From an uncultured bacterium (GTDB taxonomy: Bacteria; Patescibacteriota; Minisyncoccia; Moranbacterales; GWC2-37-73): 64,000 nt of DNA. The notes below the pieces were generated by a model. It did no database searches and was not told the DNA's origin. It worked only from the letters and a program-made list of their open reading frames with translations. Below are positions 29,968-38,665 of this stretch, piece after piece. Position 1 is the stretch's first letter. Each line of letters opens with the position of its first letter. The translations under genes and the position numbers were made by a program. Location: positions 28,289-92,288 of the forward strand of contig CAINNK010000045.1 of the NCBI GenBank assembly GCA_903851135.1, given 5' to 3'.

Positions 29968-30429
29968 ATGACTAGGAATAATATTTTAAAATTGGTTGGC
30001 GTGATTACTTTAGTGGTTTTGTTGGTCGGATATTTTTTTTGGAAAAATAATTTTTCCGAGAATGGTCAGTTCAATCAAATTGTGATCCGGAGGCATGTTT
30101 TTAAAGCTGAAGTTATCACTACTCAAGAAAAAAAGGAAAAAGGTCTTGGGGGAAGAAAATCAATTTGCGGTGACTGTGGGATGCTTTTTGTTTTTGATAA
30201 AGCTGGAAAGTATGCTTTTTGGATGAAAGACATGCAATTTGCGCTTGATATTCTTTGGATTAAAGATGGCAAAATAAACTTCATTGAAAAAAACGTGCAA
30301 CCTTCATTTCCAGCGACAATGACACCATCAGAAAATTCCAATCAGGTTTTAGAATTTAACGCTGGAACTGTCGATAGGCTTGGGATCATAATTGGAGATG
30401 AAGTGCTTTGGACAGATTCTGGAAACTAG
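29968..30429 (+). CDS. DUF192 family protein
   Basis: 'GMLFVF..FWMKDMQFALDILWI..VLEFNAG'. Confidence 0.9.
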   Translation: MTRNNILKLVGVITLVVLLVGYFFWKNNFSENGQFNQIVIRRHVFKAEVITTQEKKEKGLGGRKSICGDCGMLFVFDKAGKYAFWMKDMQFALDILWIKDGKINFIEKNVQPSFPATMTPSENSNQVLEFNAGTVDRLGIIIGDEVLWTDSGN

Positions 30430-30451
30430 ATTTCAGATTATAGAATTGAAT

Positions 30452-30485
30452 AACACAAAACCCCGTATTTACGGGGTTTTGTGTT
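30452..30485. terminator. Bidirectional intrinsic terminator
   Basis: AACACAAAACCCCGTA.TTACGGGGTTTTGTGTT. Confidence 0.8.
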
Positions 30486-30549
30486 TCAAAAGAAAAAAAT
30501 TCAATTGAAGAAAAGAACGATAATTTCAGTTTAAGTTTGTTGTAATAAC

Positions 30550-31131
30550 TTACAATGTAGAAACTCTTGCTGAATATTTCTGGAGATTTTTCAGCTGTTT
30601 ATCATTCAAGTTTTTAGATTGGCTGATAGCTTTCTGAATCAAATCTTTTGAAAATTCAACGGAGGTCCCAATATGAACTCCTCCTGAATGAGTGACATTT
30701 TTTCGAAGATAGTCTTCGACATAAATCTTGTGCTCCTTAGTCAAAGCTGAATCAGCATTCTTTTCAAGATAGTTTGCTGCTGCTTGTCTAGCTAGCGTTG
30801 TCAAACCATCTCCTTTGCCGGCAGTTTCAACGAATGAACTTTCAGTTTCTTGGCTTGATGAAGCAGTTGAAACTTTTGTAGTTGAAGTGCTGGTTGAAGC
30901 TGGTTTTGCGTCAGTGTTTGAAGTGTCAGTCGCAGCGTTTTGATCTTGCGCTGTTTGATCAGAACCTGAATCAGTTGCTGTGTCAGATGTTCCTCGGTTT
31001 GAATATGAGTATATTCCGCCTGCAATTGCAACAACTATGATAATACTGACGATAATGCGCAGATTATCTTGAAACCATCTTTTAATTTGTTGATTTTTTT
31101 CATCTTGTGATTGAGGGGTGTATTCTTCCAT
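30550..31131 (-). CDS. Hypothetical membrane-anchored protein with S/T-rich linker
   Basis: SD GGAAGGTGA before the ATG at 31131; TM; 'AGKGDGLTTLARQA' LysM-like start. Confidence 0.75.
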   Translation of the reverse strand: MEEYTPQSQDEKNQQIKRWFQDNLRIIVSIIIVVAIAGGIYSYSNRGTSDTATDSGSDQTAQDQNAATDTSNTDAKPASTSTSTTKVSTASSSQETESSFVETAGKGDGLTTLARQAAANYLEKNADSALTKEHKIYVEDYLRKNVTHSGGVHIGTSVEFSKDLIQKAISQSKNLNDKQLKNLQKYSARVSTL

Positions 31132-31807
31132 TTGGTTGTCACCTTCCTTTCTAGCTTGCCCCGGGTGATTAGGCTGCGGTTTTTGACGCAACAAACCGGT
31201 CAGGGCGTTTAAAGAGATTAATTGTCAAAGGTCGCTTTCGTTGAAGCTCCCAGCTCCTAGGAATTACATGTAAAAATGATTTCTTTACATTTTATCTTAC
31301 CAAATAATACAATTGGTAAAATAAAGAACAAATATTCGAAATTCAAAAGGGCTGGCTTCTTTCCTTTAGTCTATATATTGTAACTTAGCGATTTTTGAGC
31401 GTCAACTAGACAAATACTGCCTTTTTGGGCGTAATAAAAGGCCGAAAGTGTGCAATAGCGATTGTAAAAATTAAAAATTTATAATGTTTATTTTTTAATT
31501 TGAAATACATAAAATATGAAATATAAATTTTAATTTTTAAGCTTGAAATTTATATTTGAGAATGAAGTTAAAAAATTTTTAAAAAATAATTAAATATTTT
31601 TTTTTGGATTAAATTGATTGTCTCGGATTTTGTTTTTAAAATTAAAAATATTTTTTTTGGAAAAAATAAAAAATTTGTAGAAAAACTTTTCTTTTTTAAA
31701 CTTAAAAATAAAAAGAAGATAATTTGTTGTGTATGATATAATGCAGTAATAATGGGGTTAAGAAATAATTTCAAATTTCAAATTTCAAATTTCAAATTTT
31801 TTGTGAC

Positions 31808-31816
31808 TGTGGATAA
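31808..31816 (-). promoter_or_regulatory. Single DnaA-box consensus
   Basis: TGTGGATAA is the reverse complement of TTATCCACA. Confidence 0.4.
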
Positions 31817-32088
31817 CTTTTTTGCATTGCTTTTTGAAAAATATGTATTATAATTAAACGAGTAAGAGAAAGTTTTTGATGTCATTTTCAATTAGAAAAA
31901 CATCAAGAGAAAAATAAAAATTAAAAATATTTGTTTGGATAAAAGTATGTAGTTTCAAAGATTTATTCTCGCACCGTTTCTTGAGATCATTCAAAAGTTT
32001 GGATGTAAAAAGAGAAACGGTGCGAGAAAAAAGATCTCGCTTCATGCTTGAAGAAAAAAACAAATTATTGAAAAGGAGGTGACTTAAC

Positions 32089-32259
32089 ATGGCAGTAAAA
32101 AAAGTAGCAAAAAAAGCAGTTAAGAAGGCAGCTCCTAAGAAAGTTGCAAAGAAAGCTGTAAAAAAAGCTGTAAAGAAAGCAACAAAAACTGTAAAAAAGG
32201 CAGTTAAAAAAGCAGCTCCAAAGAAAAAAGTTGCAAAAAAAGTTTCAAAGAAAAAATAA
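32089..32259 (+). CDS. 56-aa Lys/Ala-rich histone H1-like protein (absent from the ORF track)
   Basis: MAVKKVAKKAVKKAAPKKVAKKAVKKAVKKATKTVKKAVKKAAPKKKVAKKVSKKK; perfect SD AAGGAGGTGA; terminator follows. Confidence 0.88.
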   Translation: MAVKKVAKKAVKKAAPKKVAKKAVKKAVKKATKTVKKAVKKAAPKKKVAKKVSKKK

Positions 32260-32309
32260 GTTAGTTTTTGATACTTTCGTTGTTTTTTCCGATTTCATTG
32301 TAAATTGGA

Positions 32310-32366
32310 ATGCATCAACAAACTAAAGACCCTCTAATCTGGAGGGTTTTTAGTTTGTTGATGCAT
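32310..32366 (+). terminator. Long hairpin terminator
   Basis: ATGCATCAACAAACTAAAGACCCTC..GAGGGTTTTTAGTTTGTTGATGCAT. Confidence 0.75.
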
Positions 32367-32583
32367 GAGACTAGGTGGGTATATACAAATTGTTGTCTTC
32401 AGGAGCTAAGTTAGAAATTTTTACTTCCCTTATTTCCTTTTTGGGACACGCACCTTGGCTAGGAACTATAGCCAAGGGCTCAGAGTCGCTGTCACTCCTA
32501 TGGTCTAAAAAGCAAATAAGCTCGTAAAAATTCAAAGGTAAATTTCTGTCAGAATTATATATTGCGCATAATTCAGTATGAAC

Positions 32584-33483
32584 TTATGAAATTTCTATTT
32601 TACAGACCCGCCATTTGTTGGCCAAGTCTTTCAAAAATGTTACTTCCTTTGCAAAGCTGAAAATTTTTGTCATTTCTTTTTTCTGAACATGACCTATTTC
32701 GCAGAATGCTGTTATTGGGAAGTTTTTTTGTTGCAAAATATTTTTCAATTGAAAGGCTAATTCGCGATATGCATCCAGTCCATCAACTCCGGAATAGAGT
32801 GCGATATGTGGTTCATATTTCAATCCTTTCGTTTCCGTGCTTTTGAGTAAATTTTTCCATTCAAGATCCAGATAAGGAAGATTGGCGACAATAATCAGCT
32901 TTTCAGGCATTAGCTTTTTAGCTTGTAGTTTCGTAAATTCGGGGAAAAAAGGTGATAGCAAATTTCCGTGGAGGAATTTTATTTTTTTCTCGATGCCATG
33001 CAGCTTGGCATTTTTCTTGGCAAGCTTGAGCGCCTCCTTGCTAATGTCAGTCGCGTAGAAGTTCCTAGTCGTTAGTTTATGGTTCACGGTCTGTTGCAGG
33101 GTTTTAGCTATTGAAGTAATTATACATCCTGAACCTGTACCAATATCTATGATAGAAACATTTTGATTGTCTGTGAGCTGTAAGCTGTGAGCTACGCAAT
33201 CTACTAGCATTTCCGTTTCCGGTCGTGGCACTAGGGTATGTTTGCTGACAATAAAATCCAAGCCGTAAAATTCTTTGTGGCCAATCAAATAGGCAATCGG
33301 CTCACCTTTGATTCTTCTTTTGATTAACTTACTGATCACCAGTGACTGGTTGCTGGTTACTTGTTTTTCGTCGTGTATTAAAACAAACTCCCTTGTTTTA
33401 TCAAGAGAGTGAGCCAGGATAAGTTCAATGTCTAGCCGGTCGAGCTTATTTGAATATTTTTTAATAATTTCCTTGATAGTCAT
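32584..33483 (-). CDS. prmC: Release factor glutamine methyltransferase
   Basis: 'GEPIAYLIGHKEFYG', 'PRPETE', 'DIGTGSG', 'ANLPY'; lies downstream of prfA. Confidence 0.93.
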   Translation of the reverse strand: MTIKEIIKKYSNKLDRLDIELILAHSLDKTREFVLIHDEKQVTSNQSLVISKLIKRRIKGEPIAYLIGHKEFYGLDFIVSKHTLVPRPETEMLVDCVAHSLQLTDNQNVSIIDIGTGSGCIITSIAKTLQQTVNHKLTTRNFYATDISKEALKLAKKNAKLHGIEKKIKFLHGNLLSPFFPEFTKLQAKKLMPEKLIIVANLPYLDLEWKNLLKSTETKGLKYEPHIALYSGVDGLDAYRELAFQLKNILQQKNFPITAFCEIGHVQKKEMTKIFSFAKEVTFLKDLANKWRVCKIEIS

Positions 33484-33504
33484 GAACGACAATTTTAAAT
33501 TAGC

Positions 33505-34587
33505 TTACGCTGTTGCTTCAACCATTTTTAATTTCGTGTCTTCTTCTTGGATAGCTGAAATAATCGGGTCAAGATCACCAGCCAAAATTCCTTCAATATT
33601 GCTCCAAGATTGCTTGATGCGGTGATCAGTAATGCGGTCTTGGGGATAATTGTAAGTTCGGATTTTTTCACTGCGATCGCCAGTGCCGATTTGGCTTTTG
33701 CGAGCATCGCCAAGTTCTTTGGCGATTTTTTCTTCTTGAGTTTGCAGCAAACGGGAGCGCAAAACTTTTAAAGCTTTGTCTTTGTTTTTCATTTGAGATT
33801 TCTCATCTTGACAAGAAACAATCACGCCAGTTGGAATGTGCGTGATACGAACAGCACTTTTGGTGGTGTTGACAGATTGTCCACCGGGACCAGATGAACA
33901 GAAGGTATCGATGCGTAAATCATTGTCATTAATAACTAGATCAACTTCTTCGGCTTCAGGTAGTACCGCTACAGTAGCGGTGGAAGTGTGAATGCGACCT
34001 TGTTTTTCAGTTTCAGGAATTCTTTGCACGCGGTGCACACCGGATTCAAATTTCATTTTGGCAAAAACCGGATTATCCTCTCTGCCATTGATTTCAAAAA
34101 CAATTTCTTTGAAACCGCCAACTTCGGTTTGATTGGAATTTAAAATTGAAATCTGCCAACGATTTTTTTCGGCGAATTTGCCATACATGCGAAAAAGACT
34201 GGCCGCAAAAAGGCTCGATTCATCGCCGCCAGCTCCACCACGAATTTCCACAATGACATTTTTGTGATCATTGGGATCTTTCGGCAGCAGCATCATTTCA
34301 ATTTCTTTTTCAATTTCTGCTTTGCGCCCGGCCAACTGAATATTTTCTTCCATAGCCATTTGTTTCATTTCTGGATCTTCCTCGGCTGCGTTGATCATTT
34401 CAGCATTTTCTTTCATGCTCTTGCTGATCTTTTCCAATTCATTGATTTTGCCAACCATTTCTGAAAGTTCGGATTGTCTTTTTCCGAGGGTGGCCATCTT
34501 TTTCGAGTCAGCCAAAATCTCCGGAGTGCTAAGTTCGGCTGTGATATCTTCGTATTCTTTTTTAATTGTGTTTAGTTTTTCATTCAT
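33505..34587 (-). CDS. prfA: Peptide chain release factor 1
   Basis: GGQ motif, PxT motif 'IPET', 'GDRSEKIRTYN'. Confidence 0.97.
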   Translation of the reverse strand: MNEKLNTIKKEYEDITAELSTPEILADSKKMATLGKRQSELSEMVGKINELEKISKSMKENAEMINAAEEDPEMKQMAMEENIQLAGRKAEIEKEIEMMLLPKDPNDHKNVIVEIRGGAGGDESSLFAASLFRMYGKFAEKNRWQISILNSNQTEVGGFKEIVFEINGREDNPVFAKMKFESGVHRVQRIPETEKQGRIHTSTATVAVLPEAEEVDLVINDNDLRIDTFCSSGPGGQSVNTTKSAVRITHIPTGVIVSCQDEKSQMKNKDKALKVLRSRLLQTQEEKIAKELGDARKSQIGTGDRSEKIRTYNYPQDRITDHRIKQSWSNIEGILAGDLDPIISAIQEEDTKLKMVEATA

Positions 34588-34713
34588 CTCGGTAGTAGAA
34601 ATTCAAATGAGTTACGCTCAATTAAACCTCCTTGCTACTAAAAACTTTAATATAAAACAGGTATTTTTTGTTTTTTGAAAATACTCGATTGTTTTTGAAT
34701 TCTCACTACCGAG
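34588..34713. mobile_element. 126-bp inverted-repeat element flanked by a direct CAT/ATG duplication
   Basis: CAT|CTCGGTAGTAGAAATTCAAA...TTTGAATTCTCACTACCGAG|CAT. Confidence 0.75.
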
Positions 34714-34823
34714 CATAGTCACTTGATTATAGCCGATTTAAAGCCAGTTGTAAAGGCTAAAAATATAAAACAAAAACTCGCCAGAGGTCGTTAGACATGG
34801 CGAGTGAAAAGGTTATTTAGTGA

Positions 34824-35549
34824 CTAAAACTTTTGCACAAAAAACACAGAAAGAGATTCGCAGTACTTTTTGAACGCCGAATTTCTGTATACATGCTCCC
34901 ATTCGGGCTCAATGATAATGGTTGCAATCTTTTCATTGGAAACTTCTGTCGCGGTTAGATATTCATTGGATCTGAAGGGCAGACGATTTCGCATGTGATG
35001 TAGTTCAATAACCTCTTCATCTGTTGGTAACCGCCATTCATTGAAACCAGTTTTCTTATCAATTTCTTTGCCTATTTCGAGTATGCTATCGAAATTGTGT
35101 TTAATACCACTGGTAAATGGCTGAAGAAAATAAGTAAGCAACCCTCCTGGGTGTTCGCGAGTGTATCCAGCGTTGTAGCCTACAGTGTTTGGCTGATAGA
35201 AAAAAGAGACAATCCCTCCGCGATAAATATCTCCAATTTTTAAATTATTTTCTGTATCAGTTATGAGCTTTATTCTGTCGGCATGTTTTCTAATTAGCTC
35301 ATCCTTTAGTCGATGGTTGTAATCTCGTAGCCAACACGCTGGATAGATGCAATTTGGCCATGGAAGAGTCTCCATTTCAGGAGTTGATATCATAAAATCA
35401 TCTCCAATAAGTCTGACTGCGTATCCCTGTTGAAGAACGCTCTCTAGGTCTGCTTTGTTTTCAATGAGGCCTTCTCGCTTCATCCCTTGTTGGATTATTT
35501 TTTCCCAGTCTTTCATTGTGGTAGCTCCTTTTGGAATTTTATTTTTCAT
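34824..35549 (-). CDS. Hypothetical protein with DUF1566-like (C-type lectin fold) C-terminus
   Basis: 'LKIGDIYRGGIV', 'GFNEWRLPTDEEV'. Confidence 0.6.
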   Translation of the reverse strand: MKNKIPKGATTMKDWEKIIQQGMKREGLIENKADLESVLQQGYAVRLIGDDFMISTPEMETLPWPNCIYPACWLRDYNHRLKDELIRKHADRIKLITDTENNLKIGDIYRGGIVSFFYQPNTVGYNAGYTREHPGGLLTYFLQPFTSGIKHNFDSILEIGKEIDKKTGFNEWRLPTDEEVIELHHMRNRLPFRSNEYLTATEVSNEKIATIIIEPEWEHVYRNSAFKKYCESLSVFFVQKF

Positions 35550-35751
35550 TAAACAGGATAAAACTTTTTTAAATGGAAATTTGGGTTGTTTTTTAAAAAA
35601 TTTTAAAGACCTTCTTTTGGTAAGATTTTTATCCTACGAAAAGACCTACTACTTTAAGACACTTTTGACAAAAAGTCAATGGATTGGTTTTTTACAAAGG
35701 CAAGGATGCAAATAAAAGGCTATTGTAAGCCTTTTGTGAATAAAGTATTTT

Positions 35752-36270
35752 TTAATTCTCAAGTTTGAATTTTTCGTGCAGGGCGGCTAGGTCTTGGTGA
35801 TCACTTTCCTTAAAACTGCGCTTAGTGATATCGTGAGTTTTAAGTAGCTGTTTGAGGCTCGCACATTGAACAGGAATTCCATTGATAATTCCTAAACCTG
35901 TGAGAGAATCTTTTTCATATCCATTCCAATATTTTTCTTCGATTACGTTTCCATTTTTATCAAAATCAAAAGCGTGCACGTCAATTTCGTGTCCTTCATC
36001 GTCACTCAAAACAAAATCCCATTTTTTGTCTTCAGCTCTTTCGACTTCTTCAAAACCTTGTGATTTTAAATATACTCTAAACTCGAGCACGTTTTTATGC
36101 TCAATGGCAATGTCTAAATCTTTATGCGGGCGAGTTTGTTTGCCAAGCAATGCGTCCACGGCCCAGCCCCCATCAAGCCAAATTTTGATTCTTAGTTTTT
36201 CTAATTCGGTATATATATTGACAACATTTTCCGAACTCATTTCATTGATTTGTTGTGATTCTGCTGGCAT
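35752..36270 (-). CDS. ANT(2'')/Lnu-like nucleotidyltransferase
   Basis: 'WLDGGWAVDALLGKQTRPHKDLDI', 'IDVH'. Confidence 0.85.
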   Translation of the reverse strand: MPAESQQINEMSSENVVNIYTELEKLRIKIWLDGGWAVDALLGKQTRPHKDLDIAIEHKNVLEFRVYLKSQGFEEVERAEDKKWDFVLSDDEGHEIDVHAFDFDKNGNVIEEKYWNGYEKDSLTGLGIINGIPVQCASLKQLLKTHDITKRSFKESDHQDLAALHEKFKLEN

Positions 36271-36405
36271 ATTTTTCTGATAATTTGAAAATAAAATTAG
36301 CCTGCTTGTTTGCTTATGTTAGCATTAAGATAAAATTTATTCAATTGTGACTTATTTTCATCTTCATGATAAAATAAACTGACTTTATTGCATCTAATAT
36401 TTTTT

Positions 36406-36858
36406 ATGGATAACGAAGCAGAATTTTTATTTGGTTTATATGAAAAGCATATCAAGGGTACACCTGCGAAAGCTATTGTTGCGGATGTGACTATTTTTCT
36501 GTGTCACCTAACAAATTCAGTTTCAAAAACATTAGAAGCAATTCCGACGACAAAAGTTTATATCAATACCAGAGTAGTGAAACATCTTTATGACAAGAAG
36601 CCAGCCGAAGAATTTGATTTCGTTGTTCGCTATTTGCACAAAATAGTGAAATATCCTGACTGTGTTTACCAGAATAAAAACCCCAAGCGGGGGCATTTTG
36701 CTTTTTTGAAAAAAATAAAAAGCGACAATTACTTGTGCTCGCTTGAAATTTCTGAAGAAGAAATTTTTGTGGTAACGGCTTTTAGGGTTCGAAAAGAAAA
36801 TTATTTGAAAGAATATGAGCTTTTAGGGAGTTGGAAGGGCGACATTCCTTCATCGTAG
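36406..36858 (+). CDS. Putative BECR-fold (PBECR/RelE-like) ribonuclease
   Basis: 150 aa; 'KHLYDK', 'IVKYPDCVY', 'VVTAF..K..YL' pattern recalled from PBECR families. Confidence 0.55.
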   Translation: MDNEAEFLFGLYEKHIKGTPAKAIVADVTIFLCHLTNSVSKTLEAIPTTKVYINTRVVKHLYDKKPAEEFDFVVRYLHKIVKYPDCVYQNKNPKRGHFAFLKKIKSDNYLCSLEISEEEIFVVTAFRVRKENYLKEYELLGSWKGDIPSS

Positions 36859-36998
36859 TATTTTCGTTACCAGCAAGCTGGACTAGTTATACTCCGCAGT
36901 AGAGCCTTTCTGCTTTTCAACCCCTTAAAAACTCACATCTTCTATTACGCAATTACATGATAGCATATTTCAGCCAGCTTGGCACTAGTTGTGGATGA
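36805..36998 (-). ncRNA. Candidate structured antisense RNA overlapping the nuclease 3' end
   Basis: 26-bp imperfect stem 36813-36838/36913-36938 with internal hairpins; two minus-strand promoters upstream with no ORF to serve; U-rich tail. Confidence 0.5.
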
Positions 36999-37004
36999 TT
37001 AAAG

Positions 37005-37033
37005 AATATAGCATCCACTTATTGCGCTGTCAA
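37005..37033 (-). promoter_or_regulatory. Sigma70 promoter pointing into the nuclease 3' end
   Basis: Minus strand TTGACA-17 bp-TATATT with extended TG; a second TGcTATCAT box at 36956-36964. Confidence 0.65.
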
Positions 37034-37099
37034 GCCAAGGCTTTAATGAAAAAAGCATGCTATAATTATACACGTAGACAAAGCTAACATAAAAAACAT

Positions 37100-37696
37100 A
37101 TGAAAAACGATAAGGATTTGGAAAAGATTGCTGATTTTTTGTTCGAAGCTGGAATGCTGGCTAAGACACCGCGAAGCGGATTTTATTTTCTGGGCAGTGG
37201 TGAGCAAAGTGTAGCTGAGCATGTTAACCGAGTTTGCTATGTTGGTTATGTGCTTGCACAGTTGGCTGGCGACGTGGATGAATCTGAAATTTTGAAAATG
37301 TGTTTGTTTCATGATTTCGCTGAAACGCGCGTTTCTGATTTGAACTATGTTCATCAAAAATATACTTCGCGACATGAACATCAGGCAATCGATGATTTGG
37401 CAGCTAGTTTGCCGTTTGGTCAAAAAATCAAGCAGATTATTGGCAGCTATGAAGAATGCACAAGCAAAGAAGCATTGCTGGCAAAGGATGCTGACAACAT
37501 TGAATTTATTTTGGCCTTAAAAGAGCAATGTGATATTGGAAACGAAAGAGCGCAATCCTGGATTAATGCTGCTATGAAAAGACTTAAAACTAAAGAAGGG
37601 AAAATGCTGGCTGACAAAATTATTCAAATTGATTCTGATCGTTGGTGGTTTGGAGACAAGGATGATCAATGGTGGGTCACAAGAAACAAGGAATAA
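37100..37696 (+). CDS. HD-domain phosphohydrolase (YfbR/HDDC2-like)
   Basis: 'RSGF..EQSVAEH', 'HDFAETRVSD', 'DAD'. Confidence 0.9.
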   Translation: MKNDKDLEKIADFLFEAGMLAKTPRSGFYFLGSGEQSVAEHVNRVCYVGYVLAQLAGDVDESEILKMCLFHDFAETRVSDLNYVHQKYTSRHEHQAIDDLAASLPFGQKIKQIIGSYEECTSKEALLAKDADNIEFILALKEQCDIGNERAQSWINAAMKRLKTKEGKMLADKIIQIDSDRWWFGDKDDQWWVTRNKE

Positions 37697-37715
37697 TTTT
37701 AACTGAAAAATTTAA

Positions 37716-37967
37716 ATGAAAAAAGAAAAAATATTTGACTCGGTAACGCAATTTGCAATTCCAATTCTCACTATAGGTTCGCAAATAATAATTTCACTCA
37801 AGTTTCCAAAATGGGGTCTTGTTGTTGTGCTCCTGGCTCAGCCTTTCTGGCTATACTCCACTTGGAAATCTTACAAGCAAGTCGGGCAAATCGGCATGTT
37901 TATCAACACCGTGGCTTTTACTGCCATAACTATTGTTGGGCTAGTAAACTACTGGATATTAAAATAG
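37716..37967 (+). CDS. Small three-TM membrane protein
   Basis: 83 aa, 'WGLVVVLLAQPFWLY'. Confidence 0.7.
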   Translation: MKKEKIFDSVTQFAIPILTIGSQIIISLKFPKWGLVVVLLAQPFWLYSTWKSYKQVGQIGMFINTVAFTAITIVGLVNYWILK

Positions 37968-37991
37968 CAGCTTGTATTTTATATATCACAA

Positions 37992-38019
37992 AAAAAGAAG
38001 CTCTTATGAGCTTCTTTTT
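37992..38019. terminator. Bidirectional terminator
   Basis: AAAAAGAAGCTC..GAGCTTCTTTTT. Confidence 0.75.
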
Positions 38020-38039
38020 GAATATATTTTTTGAGAAAA

Positions 38040-38324
38040 CTATTTTTTGATCACGTTTTTCTTTTCAGCTTTTGCTTTGACAACCTTGACTGGTTTGGCT
38101 TTGATAGCTTCTTTTTTGACAGCAGCCTTTTCAGAAAGTTTCTTGAAGCGATCAACGCGACCGGTGGTGTCAATCATTTTTTTCTTGCCAGTGTAGAAAG
38201 GATGGCAAGCGCTGCAGATTTCCGTGTTCATTTCAGCTTGAGTTGAGCCAGTGGTCAAAACTGCGCCACAAGAACAAGTGATAGTTGCAGTGGGATAATA
38301 AGTTGGGTGAATTGTTTTTTTCAT
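38040..38324 (-). CDS. rpmE: 50S ribosomal protein L31
   Basis: '[31 protein letters not shown]'. Confidence 0.97.
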   Translation of the reverse strand: MKKTIHPTYYPTATITCSCGAVLTTGSTQAEMNTEICSACHPFYTGKKKMIDTTGRVDRFKKLSEKAAVKKEAIKAKPVKVVKAKAEKKNVIKK

Positions 38325-38665
38325 AGATGTCTTATGGATTTAGCCGTCTTCAATAGCGGAAAAATCCACTTGCTGGTGAGAGGCGGGCAAATAACATTAA
38401 AATAGATAAATTGAGTACTCAACTACCGTAGCATGGATGCGCAGAATTGACAAGGGGGCTGGTTCTGTTATACTTGGTCTTGTACTCACTATTTAACAAA
38501 TACATACTTTCCTTGACCTCTTCCTGTCCCGATTTTATTGGGATTGAGGCCGAAAAAAGGGAAAAGTAGGTGATTGCACCGCCGACAAGGCGGACAGTAA
38601 TAATTAAGGAATAAGCTCGGTTTGATTTGCTGCCACAAGGCAGAATTTCAGCAGGGCAAACAAAC

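Noticed and set aside
31300-31860. AT-rich gap with a DnaA box as oriC
   Set aside because: Only one consensus box, no dnaA/dnaN nearby, and no evident switch in gene orientation
34588-34716. Simple RF1 autoregulation by stop-codon readthrough
   Set aside because: Three in-frame stops, two of them TGA (RF2-specific), make readthrough into prfA implausible
34824-35549. DGR target protein
   Set aside because: CLec-like fold is plausible, but no reverse transcriptase or template repeat is visible in the window
35752-36270. Bona fide aadB or lnu resistance gene
   Set aside because: Only family-level motifs; no integron or IS context, and substrate unknown
38500-38665. rpsB leader as a named Rfam S2 element
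   Set aside because: Hairpins are present but cannot be matched to a known model without a covariance search
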